Positions 26,883 through 46,565 of a DNA stretch of 64,000 nt are shown piece after piece (position 1 is the stretch's first letter; each line of letters opens with the position of its first letter). The notes below the pieces were generated by a model that searched no databases, was not told the DNA's origin, and saw nothing but the letters and a program-made list of their open reading frames with translations. The stretch is from the human T2T-CHM13v2.0 reference genome, Homo sapiens. Where the stretch lies: NCBI RefSeq assembly GCF_009914755.1, contig NC_060936.1, one strand, 5' to 3'. The position numbers and the translations under genes were made by a program.

Positions 26883-29800
26883 AGACTTTAATTCACCTTG
26901 AGTTAATTTTTGTATATGGTAAGAGGTAGGGGTCCAATTTCATTCTTCTGCATATGGCTAGCCAAAATTCATGGCACTATTTATTGAATGGGATATCATT
27001 TCCCCATTGTTTGGATCCAGTTCGGTAAAAAATGACACAGGTAATTTGATAAGAATTGCATTAAAGCTGTAGATTGCTCTGTGCCATATGGTCATTTTAT
27101 TGACATTGATTCTTCCAATTCATATGCATGAAATTTGAAATGTTTTTCCATTTTTTGTGTTATCTACAATTTCTTTTTATTTATTTACTAAAAAATTTTT
27201 TTCTACTAAGCCATTTTATATAATACAATTTCTTTCAGCAATGTTTTAAAGATCTCCTTGTAGAGATCTTTTACCTCCTTGATTAAATATATTCCTAGGT
27301 ATTTCAATTTTTTGTGGCTATTGTAAATGGTATTGAGTTCTTGATTTGGTTCTCAGCTTGAACATTATTGGTGTATAGAAATGCTACTGATTTTTGTACA
27401 TTGATTTTGTATCTTGAAACTTTTCTGAGGTAACTTATCAAGTCTAGGAGTCTTTTGGAGGAGACTTTAGGATATTCTTGGTGTATAATCATGTAATCAG
27501 TAGACATAGATGATTTGACTTCCTCTTTTCTGCTTTAGATGCATTTTATTTCTTTCTTTCACCTGAATTTTCTGGCTAGAACTTCCAGCACTATGTTGAG
27601 TAGGAGTAGTGAGAGTGGTCATCTTTGTCTTATTACAGTTTGTATAGGGAATGTTTTCAACTTTTCCCCATTAAGTATAACGCTGGCTGTAGGTTTGTTA
27701 TAGATGGCTCTTATTTTTGTGAGGTGTCTTACTTTAATGCCTAATTTGTTGAGATTTGTTGAGAGATTTTATTATAAAAGAATGTTAGCTTTTATTGAAT
27801 GCTTTTTCTGCATCTATTGAGATGATCATGTTTTTGTTTTTAGTTCTGTTTATGTGATGTATCACATTTATTGATTTGTGGATGCTGAACTATCCTTGCG
27901 TCCCTGGAATATAATCCACTTGATGATAATAAATTAACTTTTTGATGTGTTATTGGATTTGGTTTGCTAATATTTTCTAGAGGAATTTTACATCTATGTT
28001 CATTAGAACCATTAACCTGTAGTTTTCTTTTTGCAGGTGTCCTTGCCTGATTTTGGTATCAGGGAGATACTGGTTTCATAGAATGAGTTAGGTAAGAATG
28101 CCTCTTCCTCATTTTTTTTTTTTTTTTTTTTGGAATAGTTTCAACAAGATTGGCACCAGCTTTTCTTTGTACATCTGGTAAAATTTGGCTGTGAATCCAT
28201 CTGGTCCTGGGCTTTGTCATTGTTGTTGGAAGGTTTGTTATTGCAGACTCAATACCATTACTCATTATTGCTCCATTCAGGATTTCTATTTCTTTCTGAT
28301 TCAATCTTGGGAAGTTGTATGTTTCCAAGAATTTATCCATTTCCCCTAGGTTTGATAGTTTTTGCACATGTAGGTGTTCATAATGGCCTCTTGTGATCTT
28401 TTACATTTCTGTGGTATTAGTTGTAATGCCACCCTTATCATTTCTGATTGTACTTATTTGAATCTTTTCTTTTTTCCTTGGTGATAATCTAACTAGCAGT
28501 ATGTCAATTTTGTTTCTCCTTTCAAAGAACCAACTTTTTGTTTCATTCATCCTTTGTATCTTTATTCCTTATTTCAATATTATTTAGTTCTGCTCTGATT
28601 GTTGTTATATCTTTTCTTCTGCTAGCTTTGGGTTTGGTTTGTTCCCTGAGGTGTGACATTCGGTTGTTAACTTGAGATCTGCCTTTTTTATGTAGGCATT
28701 TAATGTTATAAACTTTTCTTTTAGCACTGCTTTTGCTGTATTCCAGAGTTTTGGGTATGTTGTATGTGTATTTTCATATGTTTTGGATTTTTTTCCTGCG
28801 TTAGTATCATTGTTTACCCAAAGTAATTCAGGAACAAGTTGTTTAGTTTCTATGTACTTGTGTAGTTGGGAGAGCTTGGTATTGATTTCTAAGTTTTATT
28901 CCAGTGTGGTCCAAGAAGACACTTCATATGATTTTGATTTTTTTTCACATTTGTTGAAACCTGCTTTATGGACAAGCATATGTTTGATTTTGGAGAATGC
29001 TCCATGCACAGATGAGAAGAATGTGTATTCTGCAGTTGTTGGATAGAGTGTTCTGTAAATGTCTGTTAGGTTTATTTGATTTATAGTCCATTTTAAGTAG
29101 AAATTCTTTGTTGATTTTCTGCATTGATGACCTGTCTAGTGTTGTCAATAGGGTGTTGAATTCCTCCACTATTATTTTATTGCTATTGATATGTTTCCTT
29201 AGGTCTAGTAGTTTTTGTTTTATAAATCTCTATGCTCCAATGTTGGGTGCACATATATTTAAGATAGTTCAATCTTTTTCTATTGAATCCTTTATCATTA
29301 TATAATTCCCTTCCTTGTCTTTCTCTAGTGTGTTTGTTTAAAATCTGTTTAAATCTGATAAAATGATGGGTACTCCTGCTTGCTTTCGTTTTCCATTGGT
29401 GTCATATATTTTTTTCCACCTCTTTGAGTCTGCAGCTGTCTTTAGCCATTAGGTGGGTCCCTTGTATGCAGCAGATAATTGAGTCTTGTTTTTAAATCCA
29501 ATTTGTCTGTCTGTATCTTTTAAGTGGAGCATTTAGGCTATTTGCATTCAATATTAATATTGATATGTGAGGTTTTGTTTCGATCATAATTTTGTTCCCT
29601 AGTTGCCTTGAGGTTTCAGTTATGTAATTGCTTTATAGGATCTGTGAGCTTTGTACTTATGTGTCCTTTTTTGAAAGTGAGTATTGTCCTTTTCTTTCCA
29701 TGTTTAGAACTCCTTTATGCATTTCTTGTAGAACCAGTCTAGTAGTGGCAAATTCCATTAGTGTTTGTTTGTCTGGGAAATACTTTATTTCTCCTTGGTT

Positions 29801-30821
29801 TATTAAGTTTAGTTTGGGAGAATATAGAATTCTTGGCTCACAATTTTTTCTTTATGTAACCTAAAAATACCCCTTTAATCTCCTCTGGCTTGTAGAGTTT
29901 CTGCTGCGAAGTCCATTGTTAGTCTGATAAAATATCCTTTATAGGTGATTAAACACTTCTCTCTTGCTGCTCTTAGGATTTTTTCTTTCATGTTGACTTT
30001 GCATAGTCTGATGACTATATGCCTTGATGAGATTCTTCTTGCAATATATCTTACAAGGATTTTCTGAGCTTCTTATATCTGGATACCTAGATCCTCACAC
30101 AACCAAGGAAGTTTTCTGAATTATATCCCAAATATATTTTCCATATTTTTAACTTTTTCTTCTTTTCCCTGTGAAATACCTATAACTTGTAGGTGTTGAA
30201 ATTTCACATAACCGCATAGTTCTCAAAGGCTTTGTTTATTTTATAAAATTATTTTCCCTTTATTTTTGTGTGACTGGGTTAATTTGAAAGACCTGTTTTT
30301 CAGCTCTGAAATTTCATCTTCCACTTGGTGTAGCCTATTGTTAAAGCTTTCAACTGTATTTTTAAATCTTTGAATGAATATTTTATTTTCAGAAGTTCAT
30401 GTTTTATTCTAAATGATATCTATCGCTTCTTCTTTTTTTTTTATTGGAATTATCTTCATTCCACATTACAGCAGGTAAAAATTAGAACACTTTCTTTTTT
30501 TTAATTGCAAAATAAATTTATTTTTTAACTTAAAAATCTGTTGACATTATATCCCCTGTAGCTATCTCCTAGTTTCTCAGTTTCTTTTTTTTAATTAATT
30601 AATTAATTTATTTTTTATTATACTTTAAGTTTTAGGGTACATGTGCACATTGTGCAGGTTAGTTACATATGTATACATGTGCCATGCTGGTGCGCTGCAC
30701 CCACTAACTCATCATCTAGCATTAGGTATATCTCCCAATGCTATCCCTCCCACCTTCCCCCACCCCACCACAGTCCCCAGAGTGTGATATTCCCCTTCCT
30801 GTGTCCCTGTGATCTCATTGT

Positions 30822-34644
<3,823 letters not shown>

Positions 34645-34707
34645 TATGATGTTAGCTGGTTATTTTGCTCGTTAGTTGATGCAGTTTCTTCCTAGTCTCG
34701 ATGGTCT

Positions 34708-35724
34708 TTACATTTTGGCATGATTTTGCAGTGGCTGGTACCGGTTGTTCCTTTCCATGTTTAGCGTTTCCTTCAGGAGCTCTTTTAGGGCAGGCCTGGT
34801 GGTGACAAAATCTTTCAGCATTTGCTTGTCTGTAAAGTATTTTATTTCTCCTTCACTTATGAAGCTTAGTTTGGCTGGATATGAAATTCTGGGTTGAAAA
34901 TTCTTTTCTTTAAGAATGTTGAATATTGGCCCCCACTCTCTTCTGGCTTGTAGGGTTTCTGCCGAGAGATCTGCTGTTAGTCTGATGGGCTTCCCTTTGA
35001 GGGTAACCTGACCTTCCTCTCTGGCTGCCCTTAACATTTTTTCCTTCATTTCAACTTTAGTGAATCTGAAAATTATGTGTCTTGGAGTTGCTCTTCTCGA
35101 GGAGTATCTTTGTGGCATTCTCTGTATTTCCTGAATCTGAACATTGGCCTGCCTTGCTAGATTGGGGAAGTTCTCCTGGATAATATCCTGCAGAGTGTTT
35201 TCCAACTTGGTTCCATTCTCCCCATCACTTTCAGGTACACCAATCAGACGTAGATTTGGTCTTTTCACATAGTCCCATATTTCTTGGAGGCTTTGCTCAT
35301 TTCTTTTTATTCTTTTTTCTCTAAACTTCCCTTCTCGCTTCATTTCATTCATTTCATCTTCCATTGCTGATACCCTTTCTTCCAGTTGATCACATCGGCT
35401 CCTGAGGCTTCTGCATTCTTCACGTAGTTCTCGAGCCTTGGTTTTCAGCTCCATCAGCTCCTTTAAGCACTTCTCTGTATTGGTTATTCTACTTATACAT
35501 TCTTCTAAATTTTTTTCAAAGTTTTCAACTTCTTTGCCTTTGGTTTGAATGTCCTCCCGTAGCTCAGAGTAATTTGATCGTCTGAAGCCTTCTTCTCTCA
35601 GCTCATCAAAGTCATTCTCCATCCAGCTTTGTTCCATTGCTGGTGAGGAACTGCATTCTTTTGGAGGAGGAGAGGCGCTCTGCTTTTTAGAGTTTCCAGT
35701 TTTTCTGTTCTGTTTTTTCCCCAT
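34708..35724 (-). CDS. LINE-1 ORF1p (338 aa, open reading frame)
   Basis: MGKKQNRKTGNSKKQSASPPPKE...YPAKLS...PLQNHAKM; canonical length. Confidence 0.95.
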   Translation of the reverse strand: MGKKQNRKTGNSKKQSASPPPKECSSSPAMEQSWMENDFDELREEGFRRSNYSELREDIQTKGKEVENFEKNLEECISRITNTEKCLKELMELKTKARELREECRSLRSRCDQLEERVSAMEDEMNEMKREGKFREKRIKRNEQSLQEIWDYVKRPNLRLIGVPESDGENGTKLENTLQDIIQENFPNLARQANVQIQEIQRMPQRYSSRRATPRHIIFRFTKVEMKEKMLRAAREEGQVTLKGKPIRLTADLSAETLQARREWGPIFNILKEKNFQPRISYPAKLSFISEGEIKYFTDKQMLKDFVTTRPALKELLKETLNMERNNRYQPLQNHAKM

Positions 35725-36634
35725 CTTTGTGGTTTTATCTACTTTTGGTCTTTGATGATGGTGATGTACAGATGGGTTTTTGGTGTGGATGTCCTTTCTG
35801 TTGGTTAGTTTTCCTTCTAACAGACAGGACCCTCAGCTGCAGGTCTGTTGGAGTACCCTGCCGTGTGAGGTGTCAGTGTGCCCCTGTTGGGGGGTGCCTC
35901 CCAGTTAGGCTGCTCAGGGGTCAGGGGTCAGGCACCCACTTGAGGAGGCAGTCTGCCCCTTCTCAGATCTCCAGCTGCGTACTGGGAGAACCACTGCTCT
36001 CTTCAAAGCTGTCAGACAGGGACATTTAAGTCTACAGAGGTTACTGCTGTCTTTTTGTTTGTCTGTGCCCTGCCCCCAGAGGTGGAGCCTACAGAGGCAG
36101 GCAGGCCTCCTTGAGCTGTGGTGGGCTCCACCCAGTTCAAGCTTCCCGGGGCTTTGTTTACCTAAGCAAGCCTGGGCAATGGCGGGCGCCCCTCCCCCAG
36201 CCTTGCTGCCGCCTTGCAGTTTGATCTCAGACTGCTGTGCTAGCAATCAGCGAGACTCCGTGGGGTGGGCGTAGGACCCTCCGAGCCAGGTGCGGGATAT
36301 AATCTTGTGGTGCGCCGTTTTTTAAGCCCATCGGAAAAGTGCAGTATTCGGGTGGGAGTGACCCGATTTTCCAGGTGCGTCCGTCACCCCTTTCTTTGAT
36401 TCGGAAAGGGAACTCCCTGACCCCTTGCACTTCCCAAGTGAGGCAATGCCTCGCCCTGCTTCAGCTGGTGTACGGTGCGCGCATCCACTGACCTGCGCCC
36501 ACTGTCTGGCACCCCCTAGTGAGATGAACCTGGTACCTCAGATGGAAATGCAGAAATCACCCGTCTTCTGCATAGCTCACGCTGGTAGCTGTAGACTCGA
36601 GCTGTTCCTATTTGGCCATCTTGGCTCTTCCTCC
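35725..36634 (-). promoter_or_regulatory. L1 5'UTR internal sense promoter and antisense promoter
   Basis: CpG-rich 5'UTR; YY1 motif 'caagatggcc' intact at 36614-36623. Confidence 0.85.
36179..36274 (+). pseudogene. L1 ORF0, truncated to 31 aa
   Basis: MAGAPPPALLPPCSLISDCCASNQRDSVG, then a frameshift from a 5-bp 'gtggg' duplication. Confidence 0.85.
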
Positions 36635-36834
36635 ATCTATCTCTTTTTTAATATCCTGAATTATTTTTTGGATTTCTTTGTGTTGGTTTTTAGCTTTCTC
36701 CTGAATCTCATTGAGCTTTTTTAAAAATCAATATTTTGAATTATTTATCTGGGATTTCAAATATTTCATTTCTGTTAGGATCTATTGCTACAGAGGTAGT
36801 GTGATCCTTTGTGTGTGTTGTAACACTTTTTAAA

Positions 36835-37553
36835 TATATATATAATATATACAGTATATAGTATATAATATATACTATATACTGTATATAATATATACTA
36901 TATACTGTATATAATATATACTATATACTGTATATAATATATACTATATACTGTATGTTATATATACTATATACTGTATATAATATATACTATATACTGT
37001 ATATAATATATACTATATACTGTATATTATATATACTATATACTGTATATTATATATACTATATACTGTATATTATATATACTATATACTGTATATTATA
37101 TATGATATATACTGTATATTATATATGATATATACAGTATATATTACCTGTAATATATACTGTATATATTACCTGTAATATATACTGTATATATTACCTG
37201 TAATATATACTGTATATATTACCTGTAATATATACAGTATATATTACCTGTAATATATACTGTATATATTACCTGTAATATATACTGTATATATTACCTG
37301 TAATATATACTGTATATATTACCTGTAATATATACTGTATATATTACCTGTAATATATACTGTATATATTACCTGTAATATATACTGTATATATTACCTG
37401 TAATATATACTGTATATATTACCTGTAATATATACTGTATATATTACCTGTAATATATACTGTATATATTACCTGTATATTACCTGTATATATTACCTGT
37501 ATATTACCTGTATATTATATATAATATATACAGTATATATTATATATATATAT
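36835..37553. repeat. AT-rich VNTR (23-bp units, then 25-bp units)
   Basis: Units tatactgtatataatatatacta and atattacctgtaatatatactgtat (~13 copies of the latter). Confidence 0.97.
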
Positions 37554-39169
37554 CTCAGAGTTGTTTCTCTGGCTCTTTCTCATCTGAACAAACTATTTCT
37601 CCTTATTTTTTGAATTTGCTTTCATTTGGACAGAACTTTTCTTCCTTGAGGAGGTGTCTATATATGTGTTGTGTAGGGTCGTTTGGTTTGTTTTTTTTTT
37701 TTTTTTTATGCTTTCAGTGGCAAATACTGTGTATAAGTTCCTTGGTTATAGACAGCCTTTGTATGCTGGCTTTTCCGAATCCTGGTCATAGTAGTGATGT
37801 ATTGGGCATTTGAACAGGTTCACTGCCTCCTGTGAGGCTGTGGTAATGGAGATGTCAGGAAGCTTATCTCGTTTCCTGGTGCTGTGCACTTGTGTTAGAT
37901 ATTTCCTATTGGGTTGTGCCAGTTAACCTCTGGACCAGTAAGTGGCACTTATGGGTAAGACCTGGCTGTGGACAATGCAGATGTGCATACACTTAATCCC
38001 TGTTTGCTGGAAGAAGCCCTCTGTTCCCTTAGACAATGTGCTGATCTGTGGAATGCACAGTGGTATGAGGTTCCTGCTCAGCCCAAGTTGGTGGACCAAA
38101 ATGGGTGGGGCTAGACTAGACAGGCCCACCTACAAGTCCCCCAGTGGTAGGCATAAGCACCAACTTTGAGGGGCTTCTAGTGGGTGGTTGCCATGCACTC
38201 AGAGGTGTTCCTAGGTATGAGGTTGGAAAACTGTTGCCCTACATTCTCTGAATGGAAACCAGAGGCAGCCTAAACTACTAATCTAGAAGAGTGGGTGCTC
38301 CAAATGCCTGGGCATCAAGCAGAGAGAGTGGAACTGCACCAGAATCTCTGCACCTGAAGGGAGAGGTGACTCAGGCTCCGGATCCAGGCAAGTGGGTGTA
38401 CCCAATGCCTGGAAATATGCCCTAGCAAGGAGTAGAGAAAACAATGCTGAAACAAGGTCAAGGTCTTTGCAGGGGAAAGGAGGGGTGGCACAAGCTCCTA
38501 ATCTGAGGGAACAGGTATGCCTCAAGCCAGGTGATATGCCTGGGGAAGGAGCACAGAAACAGCTGCCATGATAAGGTCTTTGCAGCTAAAGCTGCAAAGC
38601 TTTAGGGAGGAGCAGCTAAAGCTTAATCTGTGGGAGCAGGTGTGCCAAATGCCTGGAGTTATGTCCAGGTGTGGAGTGGAGGGACTGCCACTTCACCAAA
38701 TTATTTGTGTGGGTAGGAGATTCTACAATATATTTTCTGTATCTTCCTTTTACTTAGTTCCTGTTCTCTTTTTCAAGCACTATCTGCCTAAATGTAGTTT
38801 TACTGGGTTCCTTTCTTACTACTACTCATGCTTGAATGAGGCCAGTTACTTGATGAATATTTATTTGTGGAAGGGGAGGGGAGTGTGCACACATAATCTG
38901 AAGCTTCAATTTTGTTTGCTTATCTTAAACAAATATTTTCACAAAATTATCTATTTTGTCTTCTCTGGGATGCCATTTCCATTAGTTATTTTTTCTTTTT
39001 TTTTTTTTTAGTTTTAGTTTGGTGAGTCTTACAGCAAAGGCCTTCACATCATAGTCTTTATGGTTTCCCAACAAATGATAACTCCTTTGCTTCCTCTGTT
39101 TTATTCTGCCACTCATAAACAGACTTCTTGTCAAAAACTAAGTTGAAGGCAATGAAAATGACATGTGTC

Positions 39170-39930
39170 CATTGGAAAAGGATCTAAATAAACATTTCTC
39201 CAAAGAAAATATACAAATGACCAACAAGCTAATGAAAAGATGTTTGCACATCATTAATCATTAGAGAAACATATCAATACCACAATGGGATAACATTTTA
39301 CACCAGTTAGGATGTAAAACAAATGTAAACTGGTGTTGCCACTTTGGAAAGCTGTTGATCAGTTCTTCAAGATGTTTAACATAAAGTTGCCAAATGATCT
39401 ACTCCTAAGTATATGCCTAAGAGAAATGAAGCCATATGTCCACACAAAACCTTGTACATGAATGTTCATAGAGGCATTATTCATACAGAATTATTCAGTT
39501 TTGAGAAAAAGTGGAAAAATCTAAATATTTATTGGCTAATGGACAAATAAACATGCTATATGCATGTGGAATATTATTTGATGATAAAAGAATGAAATAT
39601 GGATATATGCTACAACCTGAATGAATCTTGAAAATAATACGCTATGTGAAAGCAGCTAGTCTTCAAAGACTACATATTGTATTATTGTATGATCTTATTT
39701 ATATGAAATGTCCAGAATAGGCAAAACTACAGAAAGTAGTTTAGTAGTTGCCTAGGGCTGGGAGGAGGGAGAGGTTGGGCGTGGAATTTTTTGTGTGTGG
39801 ATGTTGAAAGTTTTCTAAAATTAGACTGTGGTGAGACTGTGGTGATAATTGTACAACTCTGTGAATTTACTAAAAACTGTTGAATTATATACTTTAAATG
39901 GGTGAATTGTATGGCATGTGAATTATCTCT
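39170..39930 (+). mobile_element. L1MB/L1ME-like 3' end
   Basis: 'tatgtccacacaaaaccttgtacatgaatgttcatag', 'gaaatgtccagaataggcaaa', 'gaattgtatggcatgtgaattatctct'. Confidence 0.85.
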
Positions 39931-39964
39931 CTGTCTTTATATCTTTATTAATCTGTTTTTTAAA

Positions 39965-40190
39965 AAGACTGAAGACTCTTGAGTCAGAATCCCCAGCTTC
40001 AAATCCTAGCATCTCCACTCATGTCCATGTGACCATGGGCAATCTCCTCCACACCTTCAAGCGTCTGCATGATGTGGGTAAGGATAGAGCCAACTTCAAA
40101 GTTGGGTTGTAAGAACAAATTAGTTTGTGCTTAGAACATTATCTGGTATGCTGGTATGTGGTATCTGGAAATACCCAGGAAGTGTCAGTT
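39965..40190 (+). mobile_element. MIR SINE
   Basis: 'ctcttgagtcaga...ttcaaatcctagc...tgtgaccatgggcaa'. Confidence 0.65.
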
Positions 40191-40359
40191 ATTTTATGAG
40201 CGTATAGAGTACATTTTAAAAATCTCAATGACCACATTTTTCATTTCTAGAAGTTCTACTTTGTATTTTCCAAATCAGCTTGTTATTCATATTACCTTTC
40301 TTACATTTTAATGTCTTATTTAAAATGTTTTTAAATTTATTTTAAAAATGTTTAAATTT

Positions 40360-40933
40360 TTATTTTTTTTAGAGGTAGGGTCTTGCTCTGTCACCCAGGC
40401 TCGTGTGGAGTTCCACGATCATGGCTCACTGGAGCCTCCACCTCCTGCTCAAGCAATCTTCCTACCTTAGCATCTGGAGTAGCTATGAGTGTATATCACC
40501 ATACCTTGCTCAGTTTTTATTTTCTATTTTTTATTTTTTATTTTTATGTATTCTTTTTTTTTTGAAATAGGGTCTCAGTCTGTTGCCCAGGCTGGAGTCC
40601 AGTGGTGCAATCATGGCTTACTGCAACCTCCACCTGCCAGGTTCAAGAAATCCTCCCACCTCAGCTTTCTGAGGAGCTGGGACTACGGGCACACACCACC
40701 ATGCCTAGCTAATTTTTTGTAGTGAAGGGGTTTTGCCATGTTGCCCAGGCTGGTCTGAAACTTCTGGGCTCAAGCAATCCACTCACCTTGGCCTCTATTT
40801 TTTTGAAGTTTTTCGTAGAGATGTGGTCTCCCTGTGTTGCCCAGGCTGTTCTCAAACTCCTGGGCTCAAGCAATTCTACTGCCAAGGGCTTCCCAAAGTA
40901 TTGGGATTACAGGTATGAGCCACTACACCCAGC
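40360..40933 (-). mobile_element. Nested AluJ in AluJ
   Basis: Right arm 40370-40515, inner 5'-truncated Alu about 40540-40793, left arm about 40810-40933. Confidence 0.8.
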
Positions 40934-43479
40934 TTAATTCCTTCCTTTATATCTTTAATATTTTAAAAATTCTTATTTAATAGTTTATCAAAGACTTTTT
41001 CTAAGTGTAATTACTTTGTCTAATTAAATATGTGTAAATATCTGACACAACGGAGGTATTCAGTAAATATTTGTTGAATTTGTGAATGACTGCCAGTAGA
41101 TAATACTGCTTTCCTCAGTTTTCCACTGTGTTTCCTTAAGGAAATTATTCATTTACTGTAACATTCTATCTGTAACATAGAAACAATAATATCTACTTCT
41201 TCAATTAGTAGTGGGGTCTAAATGAAATCATGTCTAGTTTAGTGCTTGACAGTAATACGTGCTTAACTATATTAGTTCCCTTTCCTTCCAGCCTAATAAT
41301 CATCTTTCTATGTGTGTTATTAGGGACGTAAATTATACTCCCTTAGGAGTTGCTAAGTGCTCAGTTTTCTACTATTTCTGTTTGGGCTTTGCTGCCCTCT
41401 CTGCAAATCCTTATAGAGTCTGTTTCTCACTCTTACTCTTCTCTCATTGTTGGACTCTTTGAGGGTCCCATATAGTCTTATGTTGTCCTATATACTTTAT
41501 CTTTAATCATTTTGTTGCTCTTGCTGCTCTGGCTCTTTAGCTACTGAATTAATTTCTACTTTCAGAATGATAATAAATGCAAACATACCTTAATATCTAC
41601 TTTACAGAGTAGAAACTCAATATGAAACAACGGAATGTTAAATAGGTCTCAAATTCTGCAGTCATCCCTGATTCTGCTGCCTGTCACTCAGTTTCCTTTG
41701 GTGCTCCACTCATTGCCCCGCTGAGGGAGTGCACAATAGCATGCTGTACTCTAGAGGATCTTCTATTGATTCTCTTTCTAATCCTAAATGACCAGACTTG
41801 AGGCTTTTTTCTTCTGCATCTTTTGAATTGAAAAGAGTCTGAGTTCCTAGCAAAGAGGTATCAGTGCTACTCATTGGAAGGAAAAAGCCAAACAACCAAA
41901 AATCTCAAATTATATGTTTGGTACTTTTCAGTTCTTGCCTATAATTTGGATTAAAAGTAATCAGCTACTCTTGGATACAGGGATCTATAAAATCCTTCAA
42001 TCTTGTATTGCCCATTCCCTTTGGTGATGAAAATGCTATATATGGTGCTTAACAGATGCTACATCATTATATGAACTGCTTTCTTACTAAAACATAAGGT
42101 GAAATTTAGCTTAAGTTTTGAGTACTATCCACGCAAACATATTACTAGAAGGATACTATGAGAACACTGTTTTATCAATGAGTACTATTTGTAGCTTTGA
42201 TATTGTAGGCTTCAGGGCTAATAATAGGTGTTTTCTTTATTGTTAAAAAAAGTTCAAAGCAAAGAACAGGGAGAAAATAGGAAAAATTTTTCTGCAGCAT
42301 TCCAGGGTGCCCCTGGAATAAGCTTGCAGAGATTACTGTCTTTATGAGAAAGAAATCCTCACTTGTTCACCAAAATTCAGGAGATTTAGAAATAGGGTAT
42401 AATCCAGACAAACTCTGACATGAACACATTACATAAGGTGTGACAATGGGTAATGGAATGTATAAGTATGTGGAGGTGCAGGAAATTAAGAAACTAGAAA
42501 CTTAAGTCTAAGTTTCTTAGACTATCTAAAGTGAACAATTTTATGTATCAAAATAGACAATGGGACTATATTTTTCAAGGTAAAAGTGTAGTGTGAACTC
42601 TGAAGATATCTAGTACCATTGTCATGAAAGTGTAATTTGACCATTGCTTCTACAAGCAACCAAAAACGCTTTCTAAAATTTCGAGTCATTTGATAACCAT
42701 AAATCCTTAAAATTCTTATGGGGTAGGGCCTATGTAGAGATACTGTTTCACCTTGTTCAGATGTCCTCCTTAAAGATAGTGCTTTTGCGCATAATAAGCA
42801 TACTTTGGCCTTAGGTCTTGCAGCTAATATTGCTCTTCAAATGATTAGGACTCTCTGAGAAGTGTCATAGTCCCCTAGAAATGTACCGTTTAGTTTTTCT
42901 CAGGGCTGTTATAAAAATTACTAGGAATGCAAAAACTGGAATTAAGGAACAGTGTTTCTTGCCAGTTAAACGAACAGAACTAATGTGTATATGTTCAGTC
43001 ATGTTTGCTGTACTAAGTACAGCTTGAGACAATTTCTTAATTGAATTGTTTAAACAACACTATTTGAGTCCCAAGTCTTTTTGACTTTATTATAAAATCA
43101 ATATTATGCAATTAACATTTGTTCACAGTATATTTTTTTTTTAAAATGATGGAAAAGTGACAGGATCACTCTTACATAATGAGGGTGTGAACAAGTTGTT
43201 AAGAAATCACTTGACATCTCACGGGCAGATGCAATATAAATCAAAGCCATTCCTGTTTTATTTGTTTTTCTTAGATTTTTCTTCCACTTCTGCTATCACA
43301 GTGAGAAAATTTAGTAATACTAATCTAGTTGAGATCACTGTCTTTTTAATGCTCTATTAAGAAAAATATTTGAGTCAAGATCTTGAACACTTTGCTTTAT
43401 AAGAAGAGAACAGTGGTTGCATAACCAAACATTTACATTTTAAATCCGTAACCCCATCTTGCAGATAGAGAGTACCAGC

Positions 43480-46565
<3,086 letters not shown>

